Shown piece after piece: positions 51,863 through 63,234 of a stretch of DNA of 64,000 nt (position 1 is the stretch's first letter; each line of letters opens with the position of its first letter). Location of the stretch: positions 512,001-576,000 of the forward strand of contig CAVQBA010000004.1 of assembly GCA_963710605.1 (NCBI GenBank), read 5' to 3'. A model generated the notes under the pieces. It searched no databases, was not told the DNA's origin, and was given only the letters and a program-made list of their open reading frames with translations. Position numbers and translations under genes: made by a program. Source of the stretch: an uncultured cyanobacterium (GTDB lineage Bacteria > Cyanobacteriota > Cyanobacteriia > Cyanobacteriales > Cyanobacteriaceae).

Positions 51863-53378
51863 TCTTGCTAATTGTGTTACTGGATTTTTTTCCCAGAGGC
51901 ACAGTAGCAACTGATTTATCTTTAGTAGATAATCTATCTGAAAAAATTGAGTTGTCATCATTTTCTTGGTTGATAGTTTGTTCTATTTTTTGAGTTTCGT
52001 TTAGGGTTTGAGTCGGGTCATATTTTTGAGAATTTTGCACATAATTGAGTTTGAATTCTTCTAACATTTGTGACAAAAGTGTCTGTAATTCTGATTGAGT
52101 TTCTTGATTACCTAATTCAATAGTTAATGACTTTTTAAAATTTTGAGCTAAGTTTTCAAATAATTCTCTACCTTCAATATCACTATAAGAATTGAGTAAG
52201 ATAGTATAAACTGATTTAGCTAAATATTGGGCAAGTTGTTCTGTGGCTTCTGTTGGTAATAAATCTAAACCCGGTATTTTAGGCAATCCTCGGATTAAAT
52301 CTGATTGTTGTAGTGATTCAGTTAAACTATGTCGTAAAAGTGTTTCTACATCTGGCTGTACTTCTGGTAAAACTTTATAAATAGATAATGCTAAAATTCG
52401 ATCGGTAATCGCATCTAGTTTGTTAATTTCATTAACTTGAATATAGCCTTCTGATGGTTCAAGTAAAGAACGAGCCAAAGCACCTGTTTCTACTGCTTCA
52501 ATTGCTTGATTAATTAATCTGACTAAAATAAATACCGATGTACGATCGGCTAAATAGGCGGCTGGTTCGTGGGTTATCTGAGCGATGATGCTAGTTAAAC
52601 TGATCAAACCCGATCGATGTAACTTGACAGTGACAGGAATAATTCTTAACCAACGCCAAAAAGGAAGAATCAGAAAAACTTCATACCAACGCCGCAAAAT
52701 AGTATCGCCCCAAGAAACACCTTCTTGTTTAATGGAAATAAAAAACGATCTAATTAGTAATTCTAGGGCAAAGAAAAGACTAAAAGCTAAATCGATTAAA
52801 GAGAATTGATCAATAAATTGACCATATTCATCGATTTCTCGATAGTAGTTAACTTCTAATAAAGGTTTAATTTTACGATCGAAAAAAGTAAATGCTAACT
52901 CTGGAGTAGTTTGAGATAAATAATCATTACTCCAAAATTGACTAAATGCTTGCTTAGCTGAATTTGTTTTCATTTGATATTCCATTCTGCGTTTAAGCTG
53001 AGCAAATGTACCAAATTGATTAGCTACCGCAAAAGGATTTTCAGCGAGTAAATCACTACTTTGTTGTCTTAACTGCTCTAATGTTTGCTGAGTTAAAGGA
53101 GATTCAATTCCTCCTGTGGCAATTTGCTTTTTTAAAGAATCAACTGTATTTAGGTAAGTTGTTGTCTCAGGATTAGGTTCAATATTTTTAATTGGATCGT
53201 ATAATCTAACGATACTGGGAACTTTATGTAAATAAATATCACGTAGCGGAATATAACTGAAATTAAATAGTACGAGCAATAAATTAGCGACTGCAATTAG
53301 AGCCACTATTTTCGCCCACCAATTTTGATTATTACTCAGTTGTTCGTTTTGTATTTGTTCTCCAGTATCGTATTGCAT
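51855..53378 (-). CDS. Conserved hypothetical membrane protein (ion-transport-like TM segments)
   Basis: LLVLFNFSYIPLRD, FFALE, LPFWRWLRII; start moved to ATG 53378. Confidence 0.75.
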   Translation of the reverse strand: MQYDTGEQIQNEQLSNNQNWWAKIVALIAVANLLLVLFNFSYIPLRDIYLHKVPSIVRLYDPIKNIEPNPETTTYLNTVDSLKKQIATGGIESPLTQQTLEQLRQQSSDLLAENPFAVANQFGTFAQLKRRMEYQMKTNSAKQAFSQFWSNDYLSQTTPELAFTFFDRKIKPLLEVNYYREIDEYGQFIDQFSLIDLAFSLFFALELLIRSFFISIKQEGVSWGDTILRRWYEVFLILPFWRWLRIIPVTVKLHRSGLISLTSIIAQITHEPAAYLADRTSVFILVRLINQAIEAVETGALARSLLEPSEGYIQVNEINKLDAITDRILALSIYKVLPEVQPDVETLLRHSLTESLQQSDLIRGLPKIPGLDLLPTEATEQLAQYLAKSVYTILLNSYSDIEGRELFENLAQNFKKSLTIELGNQETQSELQTLLSQMLEEFKLNYVQNSQKYDPTQTLNETQKIEQTINQENDDNSIFSDRLSTKDKSVATVPLGKKSSNTISKNE

Positions 53379-53380
53379 AT

Positions 53381-55024
53381 TTATTTTAATTGTCCTGAAC
53401 GAATAATTCCAATAATCAACCAAAAACCGAGTAAACTAGCCGCAGTAAATAAAACTGTACTAACGATCGATAATTCTGCTGTTGCCGTACCTGTCGTGAT
53501 TGTTGCCGCTCCCATAATTAATGCACCGACAATGATACTAAACGAAAGTCGATTGGCTGATTGATCTAAACTATTAGATAAAATGGGTAAGTTACGTACA
53601 TTCAAGTTCAGTTTTAATGATTCTGAGGTAATTCTATCTAATAATACGTCTAATTGACGAGGTGAACTCAAACTAAGGCTTTTGAGGTCTAAAGCAACTC
53701 TTAAAAGTGTTTGAGCGGGGTCGTCTCCTAATAGTTGACGGCGAAATAAATCCGTCATTAAAGGTTTAATTTCATCAAGTAAGTTAACTTGAGGATCGAA
53801 TGTACGAGCTACTCCTTCTAAGTTAGCTAATGCTTTAGCGTATAAACCCATGTTGCTGGGCATTTTAATTCCATTTTCACGAGAGATTTCTAATACTTCG
53901 TAAAAAACTTGACTAAAATTAATTTCTGATAAACTTAGATTGTGGTATTTACGCAACATACGATCGTAATTATTCGTTAAACGATCTAAAGTAACAGGTT
54001 GCCCAGCTTCTGCTAGTTCGATCGTTAATTGAGCACATCTTTGAGCATCAATATCCACCACAGCGAGTAACATCTGAGTCAGAATTTGTTGCGTACGGGG
54101 ATCTACTTTACCCATCATCCCGCAATCTAAAATAGCTAGACGACCATCATCAAGATAAAATAAATTACCAGGGTGAGGATCTGCATGGAAAAAACCATCA
54201 ATGTATATTTGTTGAAAGAAAGCTCTAAATAGTAAAGTTGTGAGTTCTCTTTTTTGTTTATTTTCTTCCGAGGCAGTTTGAGCTATTTTAGAAGATAATA
54301 AAGGTACTCCATTTAACCATTCAATAATTAAAATTTTAGAAGTACTATATTGCCAATAAACTTTTGGTACAACAATATTAGTGGGATCAAACCACTTACT
54401 TTGAGAAAGATTTGATTGTAGTTGTTCGGTATATCTACCTTCTATTTGATAATCTAATTCGGCGGTGATGGCATTAGTAAATTCTTCTGCTAAAGATACT
54501 AAATCAAAATCTTTGCCAAAATCTGTCAAAGAAGCTAATTCAGCTAAGCTAATAATCAATGAAATATCTTTAGCAACTACTTGTTCAATATTGGGGCGTT
54601 GTACTTTAAGGGCGACTGGCGTACCATCAGCTAAGATTGCTTTGTGGACTTGACCAATTGAACCGGCGGCGATCGCTTCAGGGTCAACACTATGAAAAAC
54701 TCGATCGATCGGTTGACCTAATTCTATTTCGATTAATCTTTTAACTTCACCCCAACCTACAGGGGGTACATTAGCTTGTAAATCACTTAAAGCATCAATA
54801 TATCTAGAAGGCAACACATCTGGGCGGGTAGAGAGGAGTTGTCCTAATTTGACATAAACTGGACCTAACTCAAGAAGTATATTACGTAATACCTCAGGAG
54901 AAGGCAATTTCGGCTCACTAGCTTTGCCTCCACTTAACAAACCCCGCATATAATCCCAGCCATTGCTGAAGACAATTTCTAATATTTCACGCTGTCTAGA
55001 TGTAGTTTGAGTTAGGGAAAACAT
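53381..55024 (-). CDS. ABC1/UbiB (AarF) atypical kinase
   Basis: LGPVYVKLGQ, AAGSIGQVH, VALKVQRP, FFHADPHPGN, LDCGM. Confidence 0.95.
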   Translation of the reverse strand: MFSLTQTTSRQREILEIVFSNGWDYMRGLLSGGKASEPKLPSPEVLRNILLELGPVYVKLGQLLSTRPDVLPSRYIDALSDLQANVPPVGWGEVKRLIEIELGQPIDRVFHSVDPEAIAAGSIGQVHKAILADGTPVALKVQRPNIEQVVAKDISLIISLAELASLTDFGKDFDLVSLAEEFTNAITAELDYQIEGRYTEQLQSNLSQSKWFDPTNIVVPKVYWQYSTSKILIIEWLNGVPLLSSKIAQTASEENKQKRELTTLLFRAFFQQIYIDGFFHADPHPGNLFYLDDGRLAILDCGMMGKVDPRTQQILTQMLLAVVDIDAQRCAQLTIELAEAGQPVTLDRLTNNYDRMLRKYHNLSLSEINFSQVFYEVLEISRENGIKMPSNMGLYAKALANLEGVARTFDPQVNLLDEIKPLMTDLFRRQLLGDDPAQTLLRVALDLKSLSLSSPRQLDVLLDRITSESLKLNLNVRNLPILSNSLDQSANRLSFSIIVGALIMGAATITTGTATAELSIVSTVLFTAASLLGFWLIIGIIRSGQLK

Positions 55025-55115
55025 TAAAATTGTTACCTATTTTAATTAAGGAGTGGATAATTGACAATTAATAATTCTTAATTATTAATCACTAATTACT
55101 AATTATCAATTTTTT

Positions 55116-55592
55116 TTATGCTTCTTGCCACATTTGAGCAATTTTACCCGGTAAAAACTGACCGATTTCGGCTATTTTTTCTGCCGATAGTTCTTCTTTG
55201 GTTGCACTGAAAACTGTAGAGATTACTTTTTCACCAGTAGTGGTGTTAGGTAAGCCACCTTCTTGCTCGACACGAGTAATGAAAAGTTTATCGTTGATGG
55301 TGAAAGGTGCTTTTCCCTTAAAACGAGGACGGATTTTACTAATCCAAGAAACTAAGGGGTTAGTATCTTTCCATATGTCTTTAAGAGAATCGCCGTTTAA
55401 AGCATCGACCATATTGCCTTCTAATTCTTCGGCTACATCATCAATCATATCTCTAGGGATTAAATCGCGCATTGTTCGATAAACAATTTCGGTTAATTCC
55501 TTCGCATCATAGATATTTTCTAAATCAGCGTTTTGTTGAATTTTTTCTAAAAAAGGTTTGTGAGTTTCTGCAATTGTTTCGTTAGTAGCCAT
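55116..55592 (-). CDS. DUF2267 family protein
   Basis: FLEKIQ..VYRTMRD, VFSATKEEL..LPGKI..W. Confidence 0.8.
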   Translation of the reverse strand: MATNETIAETHKPFLEKIQQNADLENIYDAKELTEIVYRTMRDLIPRDMIDDVAEELEGNMVDALNGDSLKDIWKDTNPLVSWISKIRPRFKGKAPFTINDKLFITRVEQEGGLPNTTTGEKVISTVFSATKEELSAEKIAEIGQFLPGKIAQMWQEA

Positions 55593-56017
55593 AAATATTA
55601 TTAATTTTTTTTAACTTCCATCTTAGGATACGAATAAACACTCTCAATATGTATCTATCTGAGGATGTATTAATCGATCTAACTTTAGAAAGATCTTTTT
55701 TCTTTTCGATCGGTTAAGTTAAAATAATTGATAATTAATAATTTATTTTTCTGTTCAGAAGGTAAATAAATATCACTATTTTATAAATAATATAAATAGT
55801 TGCTCTTGGTTACAAATCAATCGTACCACTATTGATTTTTAACTGCCAAATAACTGCCAGATAGCTTAAAAGTTAGTATTTATAGTCAATACTTTAGTCT
55901 TTTAATCAAAAAACATCTAATCTAGTTAACCGCACCAAAAGTAATTTTCTGATGCAGTCATAGACAAAAGAAAGATTCAATAGTTAATAAATTAGACTAT
56001 TAACTATTAACTATTAA

Positions 56018-57238
56018 CTATTCAGGCTCAACCCATCTATCATCAGCTTTAATCAAATTAATCAATTCTTGTACTCCTTCAGTTTCAGGCACTTTTTTAA
56101 TTTCTTCTCTTCCACGATACAAAGAAATAAAACCGGGTTGCTTACCAACATAACCATAGTCAGCATCAGCCATTTCACCTGGCCCGTTTACAATACAACC
56201 CATGACGGCAATGTCCAAGCCTGTGAGGTGTTTTGTTGCTTCTCTAACTTGATGTAATACTTCTTCTAGATTAAATAAAGTACGTCCACAAGAAGGGCAA
56301 GCTACGTATTCCACCATGGTTTTGCGTAAACCCAGAGCTTGCAAAATACTGTAGCAAACAGGGATTTCTTTTTCCGGATTTTCGGTTAAAGAAACACGAA
56401 TAGTATCACCAATACCATCAGCTAAAAGAGTACCTATACCGGCTGTGGATTTAATTCTGCCATATTCTCCATCACCTGCTTCTGTGACTCCTAGATGTAA
56501 AGGATAATCCATCCCCAACTCATCCATTTTTTTGACCATCAAACGGTAAGCCGCTAACATTACGGGTACACGAGAGGCTTTCATGGAGATAACGATATTA
56601 CGAAAATCAAGAGACTCACAGATATGAATAAATTCTAATGCTGACTCTACCATTCCTTGGGGTGTATCACCGTAGGTAAAAAGCATTCTTTCGGATAATG
56701 AGCCATGATTTACCCCAATACGCATTGCTTTACCTTGATCTCTTAAGGAGACGACTAAAGGTTCAAGAGTTTCTTTAATTTTCGCTCCAATATCGGCAAA
56801 TTCAGTTTCTGAATATTCATCTCGATCGCTTTTTGGTTTTTCAAATACATACAAACCCGGATTGATACGTACTTTATCTACGTGTTTAGCTACTTCTAAA
56901 GCAATTTTCATCCCATTATGATGAACATCAGCCACTAACGGTACAGGTTGATAAGTATCAGCGAGTTTTTGTTTGATTTCGGCTAAGGCTTTAGCGTGTG
57001 CCATACTCGGTACAGTGACTCTAACTATTTCACAACCGATTTCATGTAAACGACGAATAGAATTTACTGAACCTTCAATATCAAGAGTATCCTCATTAAT
57101 CATCGACTGCACAACTACAGGATTGTTACCGCCGATAGTAACGCTACCTACTTTTACAGGGCGTGTTTTACGTCTATGAATTGTAGTATCAAATAAGTTA
57201 TCTTCAGCACTATCTATAGGCTTATCAATAGTTTGCAT
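56018..57238 (-). CDS. ispG: (E)-4-hydroxy-3-methylbut-2-enyl-diphosphate synthase
   Basis: [44 protein letters not shown]. Confidence 0.98.
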   Translation of the reverse strand: MQTIDKPIDSAEDNLFDTTIHRRKTRPVKVGSVTIGGNNPVVVQSMINEDTLDIEGSVNSIRRLHEIGCEIVRVTVPSMAHAKALAEIKQKLADTYQPVPLVADVHHNGMKIALEVAKHVDKVRINPGLYVFEKPKSDRDEYSETEFADIGAKIKETLEPLVVSLRDQGKAMRIGVNHGSLSERMLFTYGDTPQGMVESALEFIHICESLDFRNIVISMKASRVPVMLAAYRLMVKKMDELGMDYPLHLGVTEAGDGEYGRIKSTAGIGTLLADGIGDTIRVSLTENPEKEIPVCYSILQALGLRKTMVEYVACPSCGRTLFNLEEVLHQVREATKHLTGLDIAVMGCIVNGPGEMADADYGYVGKQPGFISLYRGREEIKKVPETEGVQELINLIKADDRWVEPE

Positions 57239-57340
57239 CGTTAAAAATTAATGATAATTATTATTTTCAACTACATTTTAATCTACTATGGTTCACAAAA
57301 GTTAAAAGTTAAGAGTTAAAAGTTAAGAGTTAAGAGTCAA

Positions 57341-58810
57341 TTATCTTTTTTCCTTTATCCCTAATTCTTGTTCTATAGGTGGAGGATTAAATTTAATCAC
57401 AATCAAAGTAATATCGTCATTATTTGCTTGATTATCACCGACAAATTTTTTAATTTCCCGAAAGATATAATTGAGAATTTTTTCTGCGGTTTTGTATCTT
57501 TTACAACCAAGCTCAAAACAAGCAACGAGGTTATCTTCATCAAATCTTTGATTGTTAGCATTAACCGCATCAGTCAAACCATCGGTGTAATAAAGAATTG
57601 TATCATTTGGTTTTAACTGTATAGAATCTTCTTGATAAGCTGAATTTGGTTGTAAACCAATTAACATTCCGTCAGTATCTAGACGAATAATACTAGTAGA
57701 TTCATTTTCTCGCCAAAGTAAAGGAGGGTTATGAGCGGCATTAGCATAATTCAAAATATGTGTTTGAGGATTATATTCTGAATAAAATAAGGTGACAAAC
57801 CGATGTGAATTTTCTAAATCAGCAAACATAACTCGATTTAAATGACTTAACACTCGTGCTGGTGAGTGACGATTCAAAACTTCTGCTCGTAACATTCCCC
57901 TCGTCATCGTCATAATTAACCCGGCGGGTACACCTTTGCCCATAACATCGCCGATAACAATACTCCAAGGCTGACTTGCCGCATTTTCTTGCTGTTCGTT
58001 ATTGTGATCCCATTGATCGTAATTGACGGGAATAAAATCATAATAGTCTCCGCCTACACGATTAGCGGTTTTACATTTAGCGGCGACATCTAATCCTTTA
58101 ATTGAAGGAAATTTTCGTGGTAATAATTGTAATTGAATTTCTGAGGCGATTTCTAATTCTCTATCTTGACGCTCTTTTGATCTTAATTCTAGAGTTAGTC
58201 TGTTATTAGCGATCGCTACAGAAGTTTGATCGGCAACTAGTTGAACTAATTTACGACGAGTATTTGTCCATGTATAGTCACTATCTTTACTAAAAACATA
58301 TATTCTGCCTTGTTCTATATTTTTGACTAAAATAGGCGTACTAAAAATATTTAACCAAGAAGAAAATTTACGCTCTAGTTGATTCTCAACATATGTAGGA
58401 AAAGATTCTAAGGAAAATAATTTGGTAGAGCTATGTTTTTGTTGTCGTGAATAACTATTGATATTAGTGACGACTGACTGAAAAGAATTAAAGATTTTGT
58501 CTCGCCATTGATCATTGTTGCAATAAATCTGCTCTAAACGAACTCTATTTTCGCTGTAAAGCATTAAGACTGCCCCATCAGCATCGGTAACCCTAGCTAC
58601 CATCAAAGGAGTTAAATCCAAAAATTGATTTAGGTTATGAAAACTACGTAAACCATAACTTAAAGAACCTAGTAAATCTTGTATTTTATTCTGTTCTCTT
58701 TGTAAACTAGCTACTAACTCTTTTAAAGCCACAACAGAATCTTTATCAGTTGAATAACCAAATGTACCTTCTTCTGAATTATTAGAATAATTTTGATTAA
58801 AAATAGCCAC
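57341..58810 (-). CDS. GAF + PP2C/SpoIIE (RsbU-like) phosphatase
   Basis: VGGDYYDF, IGDVMGKG, NAAHNPP, YTDGL, DDIT. Confidence 0.92.
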   Translation of the reverse strand: MAIFNQNYSNNSEEGTFGYSTDKDSVVALKELVASLQREQNKIQDLLGSLSYGLRSFHNLNQFLDLTPLMVARVTDADGAVLMLYSENRVRLEQIYCNNDQWRDKIFNSFQSVVTNINSYSRQQKHSSTKLFSLESFPTYVENQLERKFSSWLNIFSTPILVKNIEQGRIYVFSKDSDYTWTNTRRKLVQLVADQTSVAIANNRLTLELRSKERQDRELEIASEIQLQLLPRKFPSIKGLDVAAKCKTANRVGGDYYDFIPVNYDQWDHNNEQQENAASQPWSIVIGDVMGKGVPAGLIMTMTRGMLRAEVLNRHSPARVLSHLNRVMFADLENSHRFVTLFYSEYNPQTHILNYANAAHNPPLLWRENESTSIIRLDTDGMLIGLQPNSAYQEDSIQLKPNDTILYYTDGLTDAVNANNQRFDEDNLVACFELGCKRYKTAEKILNYIFREIKKFVGDNQANNDDITLIVIKFNPPPIEQELGIKEKR

Positions 58811-59018
58811 AGGAATATGATAAAGCCAAGAAATGAGTAACGAGACTCGATATTGTTATGATGTAACAGTATTTCAATTATGGATCAAATATCAATAAAA
58901 TTCTGAATAATTGAATACAGGAACTACTATAACTTACTTTTTCTGGTTAAGCAGTAAAAAGACTAATCAATAATTAATAATTAATAATTGCCTACTCTAA
59001 ACTATTGATTGTAATCAT

Positions 59019-61976
59019 CTACTTTTTAGTAATATTTTTTAATAAACCACGAACTTGTTTTAATAAATGATCTTTATTATAAGAGCCTTTTTGTAAAATA
59101 GCAGAAACACGACCATTTAAACGTTGTCGATCGTCTTGGGTGATATCTTTGGCTGTAATAATAATGATAGGTATATCTTGCCAATTGGAATTTTGTTGAA
59201 TACTATTTGCGACTTCAAAACCATCAACTTCAGGCATCATTAAATCAAGTAATAATAATTGAGGGTGATAAGATTCAAGTAATTTTAAAGCTTGCTCACC
59301 ATTAATCGCTTCTAATACTTGCCAACCTTCTTTTTGTAATATATTTGTCAGCAAATTTCTACTATTGATGTCATCATCAACTACCATAGCTAACCGAGTC
59401 GAATCATGAGAACGATATTTAGTTAACACTTTTCTTAACTCTTGAGTGTTAATTGGTTTAGTTAAGTAATTTGTTGCACCTAAAGTATATCCCAAATTTT
59501 GTTCTTGAAGTAACGTTGCCATAATCACAGGTATTGTCGCTAAATCTGAGTCTGATTTAAGATGATTAAGAACTGACCAACCATCCATTATCGGCATCAT
59601 TACATCTAAAATAATAACGTTAGGACGAATATTTCTAGCTAACTCTATTCCCTCAAATGGATTAGTTGTAGTAATGACATCAAATCCTTCAGGTGCTAAA
59701 TAACGTTTCATTAAATCTAAAACATTAATATCGTCGTCGATAACTAATACTTTATTTTCCCTAATTGGTATTAATAATGACTGAGTCAATGTTGGCGTAG
59801 AAGTTGATACTTCAGTCGGTTGATTTTGAGCTGTCACTAACACAGGTAATTCGATCGTAAATATTGTTCCTTTTCCTAATTCACTTTTTAGTTTAATCTC
59901 TCCCCCCATCATCTCACAAAACTTTTTGGTAATTGTTAATCCTAAACCTGTACCACCATATTGACGAGTAGTAGAAGCATCAGCTTGAGTAAAAGGTTGA
60001 AATAGCTGATTAATTTGCTCGTTACTAATACCGATACCATTATCTTCTACTTGGATTTGAAGCCAATCTTGGTTATTTTGCTTATAAATGTTAATTTTTA
60101 AGAAGATAAGTCCTTGTTGAGTAAATTTACTGGCATTACTCAGTAAATTGAATAATATCTGTCTAAACTTAGTCATATCAGCATAGATTAAACCAATTTC
60201 GTCAGCATATCTCAACTCAAATTGATTTTGGTTTTTTTCAATTAAAGGTTGAGCGGTAACAATTATTTCTTCTAATAAAGATTTTAGCTCAAATTCTTCT
60301 AAAAATAACTCCATCTTACCTGCTTCAATTTTGGAAATATCGAGTATATCGTTAATCAGAGAAAGTAGATGTTTTCCGGCACTTTGAATCTTAATTAAAT
60401 CAGGGATAAATTCTTTTTGTTCTAAATCTTGGGCATCTTCAATCAGTATTTCACCATAACCAATAATGGCATTAAGCGGTGTACGTAGTTCGTGACTCAT
60501 GTTAGCTAGAAATTGACTTTTAGCTTGATTGGCTTCTTCAGCGGTTTTTTGTGATTTAGCTGAAACTTTTAATGCTGAAGATAGTTGATCAACTTTTTGT
60601 TGTAATTCTGATTCTAAGTTAGTATTAGTATGCTCTAGCTGTTGAAATGATTGTTGTAGTTGTTGTGCCATTGTCTGAAAAGAAGTAGCTAATTCTCCTA
60701 ACTCGTCTTGACGAGATAATCTAATTTTTTGCTCCCAATCTCCTTTAGCAAGGTTTTTAGCGGCGTTATTTAGTTGTAAAATTGGTTCTATAAGCCAACG
60801 TCGCATTGTCGGGCGAATCACAAAAATAGTGAGTAATAACATCACTGCACCAATACCATAACCAACAAAAATGATGTAACGTAATTTGTTTTCTCTTAAC
60901 GATAAAGGTGTACCAACATAAGCAATACCAACTGGGGTGGCTAATTCAGGATTAAGTTGCCAACGATGATCATAGATTGGGCTATAGCCTGTATAGTATT
61001 CTTGACCAATTATATTGGCTTGTCCTAAATAGATTGATTTTTCATTTAAAACTGTTTGAGCAACTTGACGAGATACTCTAGTACCAATAGCACGAGTTGG
61101 ATTTGTGGCTTGGGATTCGTAAGGCACATTAGTCGAGATACGCCAGTCTTGAGCAAAGATAGTAGCTGTATTTATACCTGCAATTTCTTCTACTTGATCA
61201 ACGATATGATAGTTACGATTAAGTAAGTTACCAGTTATGGTTGTACCAACTATTTCACCGTCAACAATTATTGGTGAAACACTCATAATAACTAAACCTA
61301 TTTTACCTCGATCGATAAAGTAAGTTTCTTCAGGAAAAGGTTTTTTGAGTAATGGTAAGTTATCAGTTTCTTGTGGGCGAATACCAATATCTGCTTGTGT
61401 GGCTAACCCCAGACGTTTTAAATATTTACTCTCAATTAATTCTATTCCTGAAAGGCTTTGCTTAGTTAAAAAAACTTGGTTAACTATTGGTAAGTCTTTT
61501 AGTTGAATTTTTTTAGGCACTGATAAAGAGCGAAATACCGTCTTTTCTGGTTTATCTGGTAGTTGAGGATATTGATCAAAGTTTTGGTCAATAATTAATA
61601 TTTTTTGGAAAATTGTTTCTCCTTGAGAATTAGTGATTAAATGGAAGCTATGATCGGCATTTAGTGATGTAAATTGATCAAAAATTTCTTCGACTTGAGC
61701 TTGTTGTTCAACATCATTAATATCTAAGTTACGATTTTCAATTAGTCTTGCTAGTTGAGTTGATTCTTCTTCTATATGTTCTTTTTCTTCTCTTATTTTT
61801 TCTTCTAATATTCTTAATTCGATCGCTATTTCTGATTTAATTAATTTTTTTTCTTCTCGTGGAATTAAAAATAAATTTACTTGAGTAATCACTATAATCG
61901 GTAAACCAATCGTAATTATTAACAAAAAAGATAATTTTTGATTCAAATTTAAACTTTTCCACAAGTTAGCTTTCAT
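59019..61976 (-). CDS. Hybrid sensor histidine kinase (Cache-HAMP-HisKA-HATPase-REC-REC)
   Basis: Two TMs, DELGELA HAMP, MSHELRTPLN, NLLSNA, DNGIG, GGTGLGL, two receiver domains. Confidence 0.95.
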   Translation of the reverse strand: MKANLWKSLNLNQKLSFLLIITIGLPIIVITQVNLFLIPREEKKLIKSEIAIELRILEEKIREEKEHIEEESTQLARLIENRNLDINDVEQQAQVEEIFDQFTSLNADHSFHLITNSQGETIFQKILIIDQNFDQYPQLPDKPEKTVFRSLSVPKKIQLKDLPIVNQVFLTKQSLSGIELIESKYLKRLGLATQADIGIRPQETDNLPLLKKPFPEETYFIDRGKIGLVIMSVSPIIVDGEIVGTTITGNLLNRNYHIVDQVEEIAGINTATIFAQDWRISTNVPYESQATNPTRAIGTRVSRQVAQTVLNEKSIYLGQANIIGQEYYTGYSPIYDHRWQLNPELATPVGIAYVGTPLSLRENKLRYIIFVGYGIGAVMLLLTIFVIRPTMRRWLIEPILQLNNAAKNLAKGDWEQKIRLSRQDELGELATSFQTMAQQLQQSFQQLEHTNTNLESELQQKVDQLSSALKVSAKSQKTAEEANQAKSQFLANMSHELRTPLNAIIGYGEILIEDAQDLEQKEFIPDLIKIQSAGKHLLSLINDILDISKIEAGKMELFLEEFELKSLLEEIIVTAQPLIEKNQNQFELRYADEIGLIYADMTKFRQILFNLLSNASKFTQQGLIFLKINIYKQNNQDWLQIQVEDNGIGISNEQINQLFQPFTQADASTTRQYGGTGLGLTITKKFCEMMGGEIKLKSELGKGTIFTIELPVLVTAQNQPTEVSTSTPTLTQSLLIPIRENKVLVIDDDINVLDLMKRYLAPEGFDVITTTNPFEGIELARNIRPNVIILDVMMPIMDGWSVLNHLKSDSDLATIPVIMATLLQEQNLGYTLGATNYLTKPINTQELRKVLTKYRSHDSTRLAMVVDDDINSRNLLTNILQKEGWQVLEAINGEQALKLLESYHPQLLLLDLMMPEVDGFEVANSIQQNSNWQDIPIIIITAKDITQDDRQRLNGRVSAILQKGSYNKDHLLKQVRGLLKNITKK

Positions 61977-62183
61977 AATAAATAATGAACAGTGAACGAT
62001 CGAATAGTAAAAAACGAATTATTAGTAACGAATCTTAATTACTTTTTCTTACCTTACTCTTGTTTTTAAGCTAATTGTCAACTGTCGATTGCCAATTGTC
62101 AACTATCAAATTTTATAATTGATTTTTTGACTATCGCACCCACGAGATAATTATAAAACAAACTTTATTTTTTTACTTAACTA

Positions 62184-62810
62184 TTAACTACGATAGTTCA
62201 TTCCCGAAGCGAGAAAATTAACTAACTTACTAACAACCTTGTCTATTTCCTCAATCGATTTTTTTTGAATCAAACTATGAGGTTTTTGGGCTTGAGTCAA
62301 GACACGAATTAAACTAGCGATAACTAAATCTAATTGCCAGTGAATTTCGTTACGAGTCTGATTTGGTAATACTCTTTGTAAAGCGTCTAAATAAGCCGTT
62401 TGACTTTCTTGAAACTCTTCTTCTGCTATTATACCAACTGAATATGGTTCGAGGCGACATCTACCCATAAATCTAGCACAATACAATTTACGATCGCCAC
62501 TATTAAGTATTACTTGTAATGGTGGAGTTAAAAAACAAGTTAAAACTTCTTCTAGAGTATAATCTGGTTTTTCTTCTTTTAATTTTGCTAATAACCTCAA
62601 TTCTCCTTCGACGACAGGTTGCGAAATTCTCATAACTACGGCACGAAATAATTCTTCTTTTGAACCAAAATGATAATGTACTGCGGATAAGTTTACTTCT
62701 GCCTCACTGATGACACTACGCAATGATGTACCAGCAAAACCATTTTCAGCAAATAGTTTCTCGGCAACGTTTAATATTTGTTCTTTAGTGTCAATTGAAG
62801 GTTTGGTCAT
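62184..62810 (-). CDS. TetR/AcrR family regulator (PsrA-like)
   Basis: ILNVAEKLFAENGF, VHYHFGSKEEL. Confidence 0.92.
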   Translation of the reverse strand: MTKPSIDTKEQILNVAEKLFAENGFAGTSLRSVISEAEVNLSAVHYHFGSKEELFRAVVMRISQPVVEGELRLLAKLKEEKPDYTLEEVLTCFLTPPLQVILNSGDRKLYCARFMGRCRLEPYSVGIIAEEEFQESQTAYLDALQRVLPNQTRNEIHWQLDLVIASLIRVLTQAQKPHSLIQKKSIEEIDKVVSKLVNFLASGMNYRS

Positions 62811-62811
62811 A

Positions 62812-62829
62812 TTCAAACAAGTGTTGGAA
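62812..62829. promoter_or_regulatory. Putative TetR operator
   Basis: TTCAAACA-AG-TGTTGGAA near-palindrome abutting the tetR start; related site at 63102-63119. Confidence 0.5.
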
Positions 62830-63234
62830 CTTTACTTATTGTACATCACAACATAGTTCAATAATTGACAATTGATAATTGACAATTGACAATTAAAAAT
62901 TATAATTGTTTTAATTAACACAGCAAGGCAATTCAAACAAATTTGTAGGGGGGGAGACACACTCTACACTGTTAATTTACAAGCAAATACTATTAGTCTC
63001 TCTCAAATTGTTTCATTCTTACAAGAAATACTAGACTCATCATTTCATTTAACTGTAGAATAATTTTTTTCGCTCGATGTTTAATTTTAATTAGCTTATT
63101 ATTCAAACGTTTGTTATAATTTTTGCTAACAGATATAGTTAAGTTGTTTGTTGTTATGGTGAACGCTAAATTATTTTTTTTAACCGAAAATTTTGACGAT
63201 CTCTTATCTTGAATAGTTATCAAATACAACAGTT

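Noticed and set aside
4077-57616. Many short ORF-track entries antisense to or nested in long genes (e.g. 4077-4352, 5830-6126, 32586-33002, 37075-37383, 43327-43620, 55198-55482)
   Set aside because: Shadow ORFs fully overlapping well-supported genes, with no recognisable motifs
62993-63229. 78-aa ORF between tetR and the efflux gene
   Set aside because: AT-rich, low-information translation overlapping the divergent promoter/operator region
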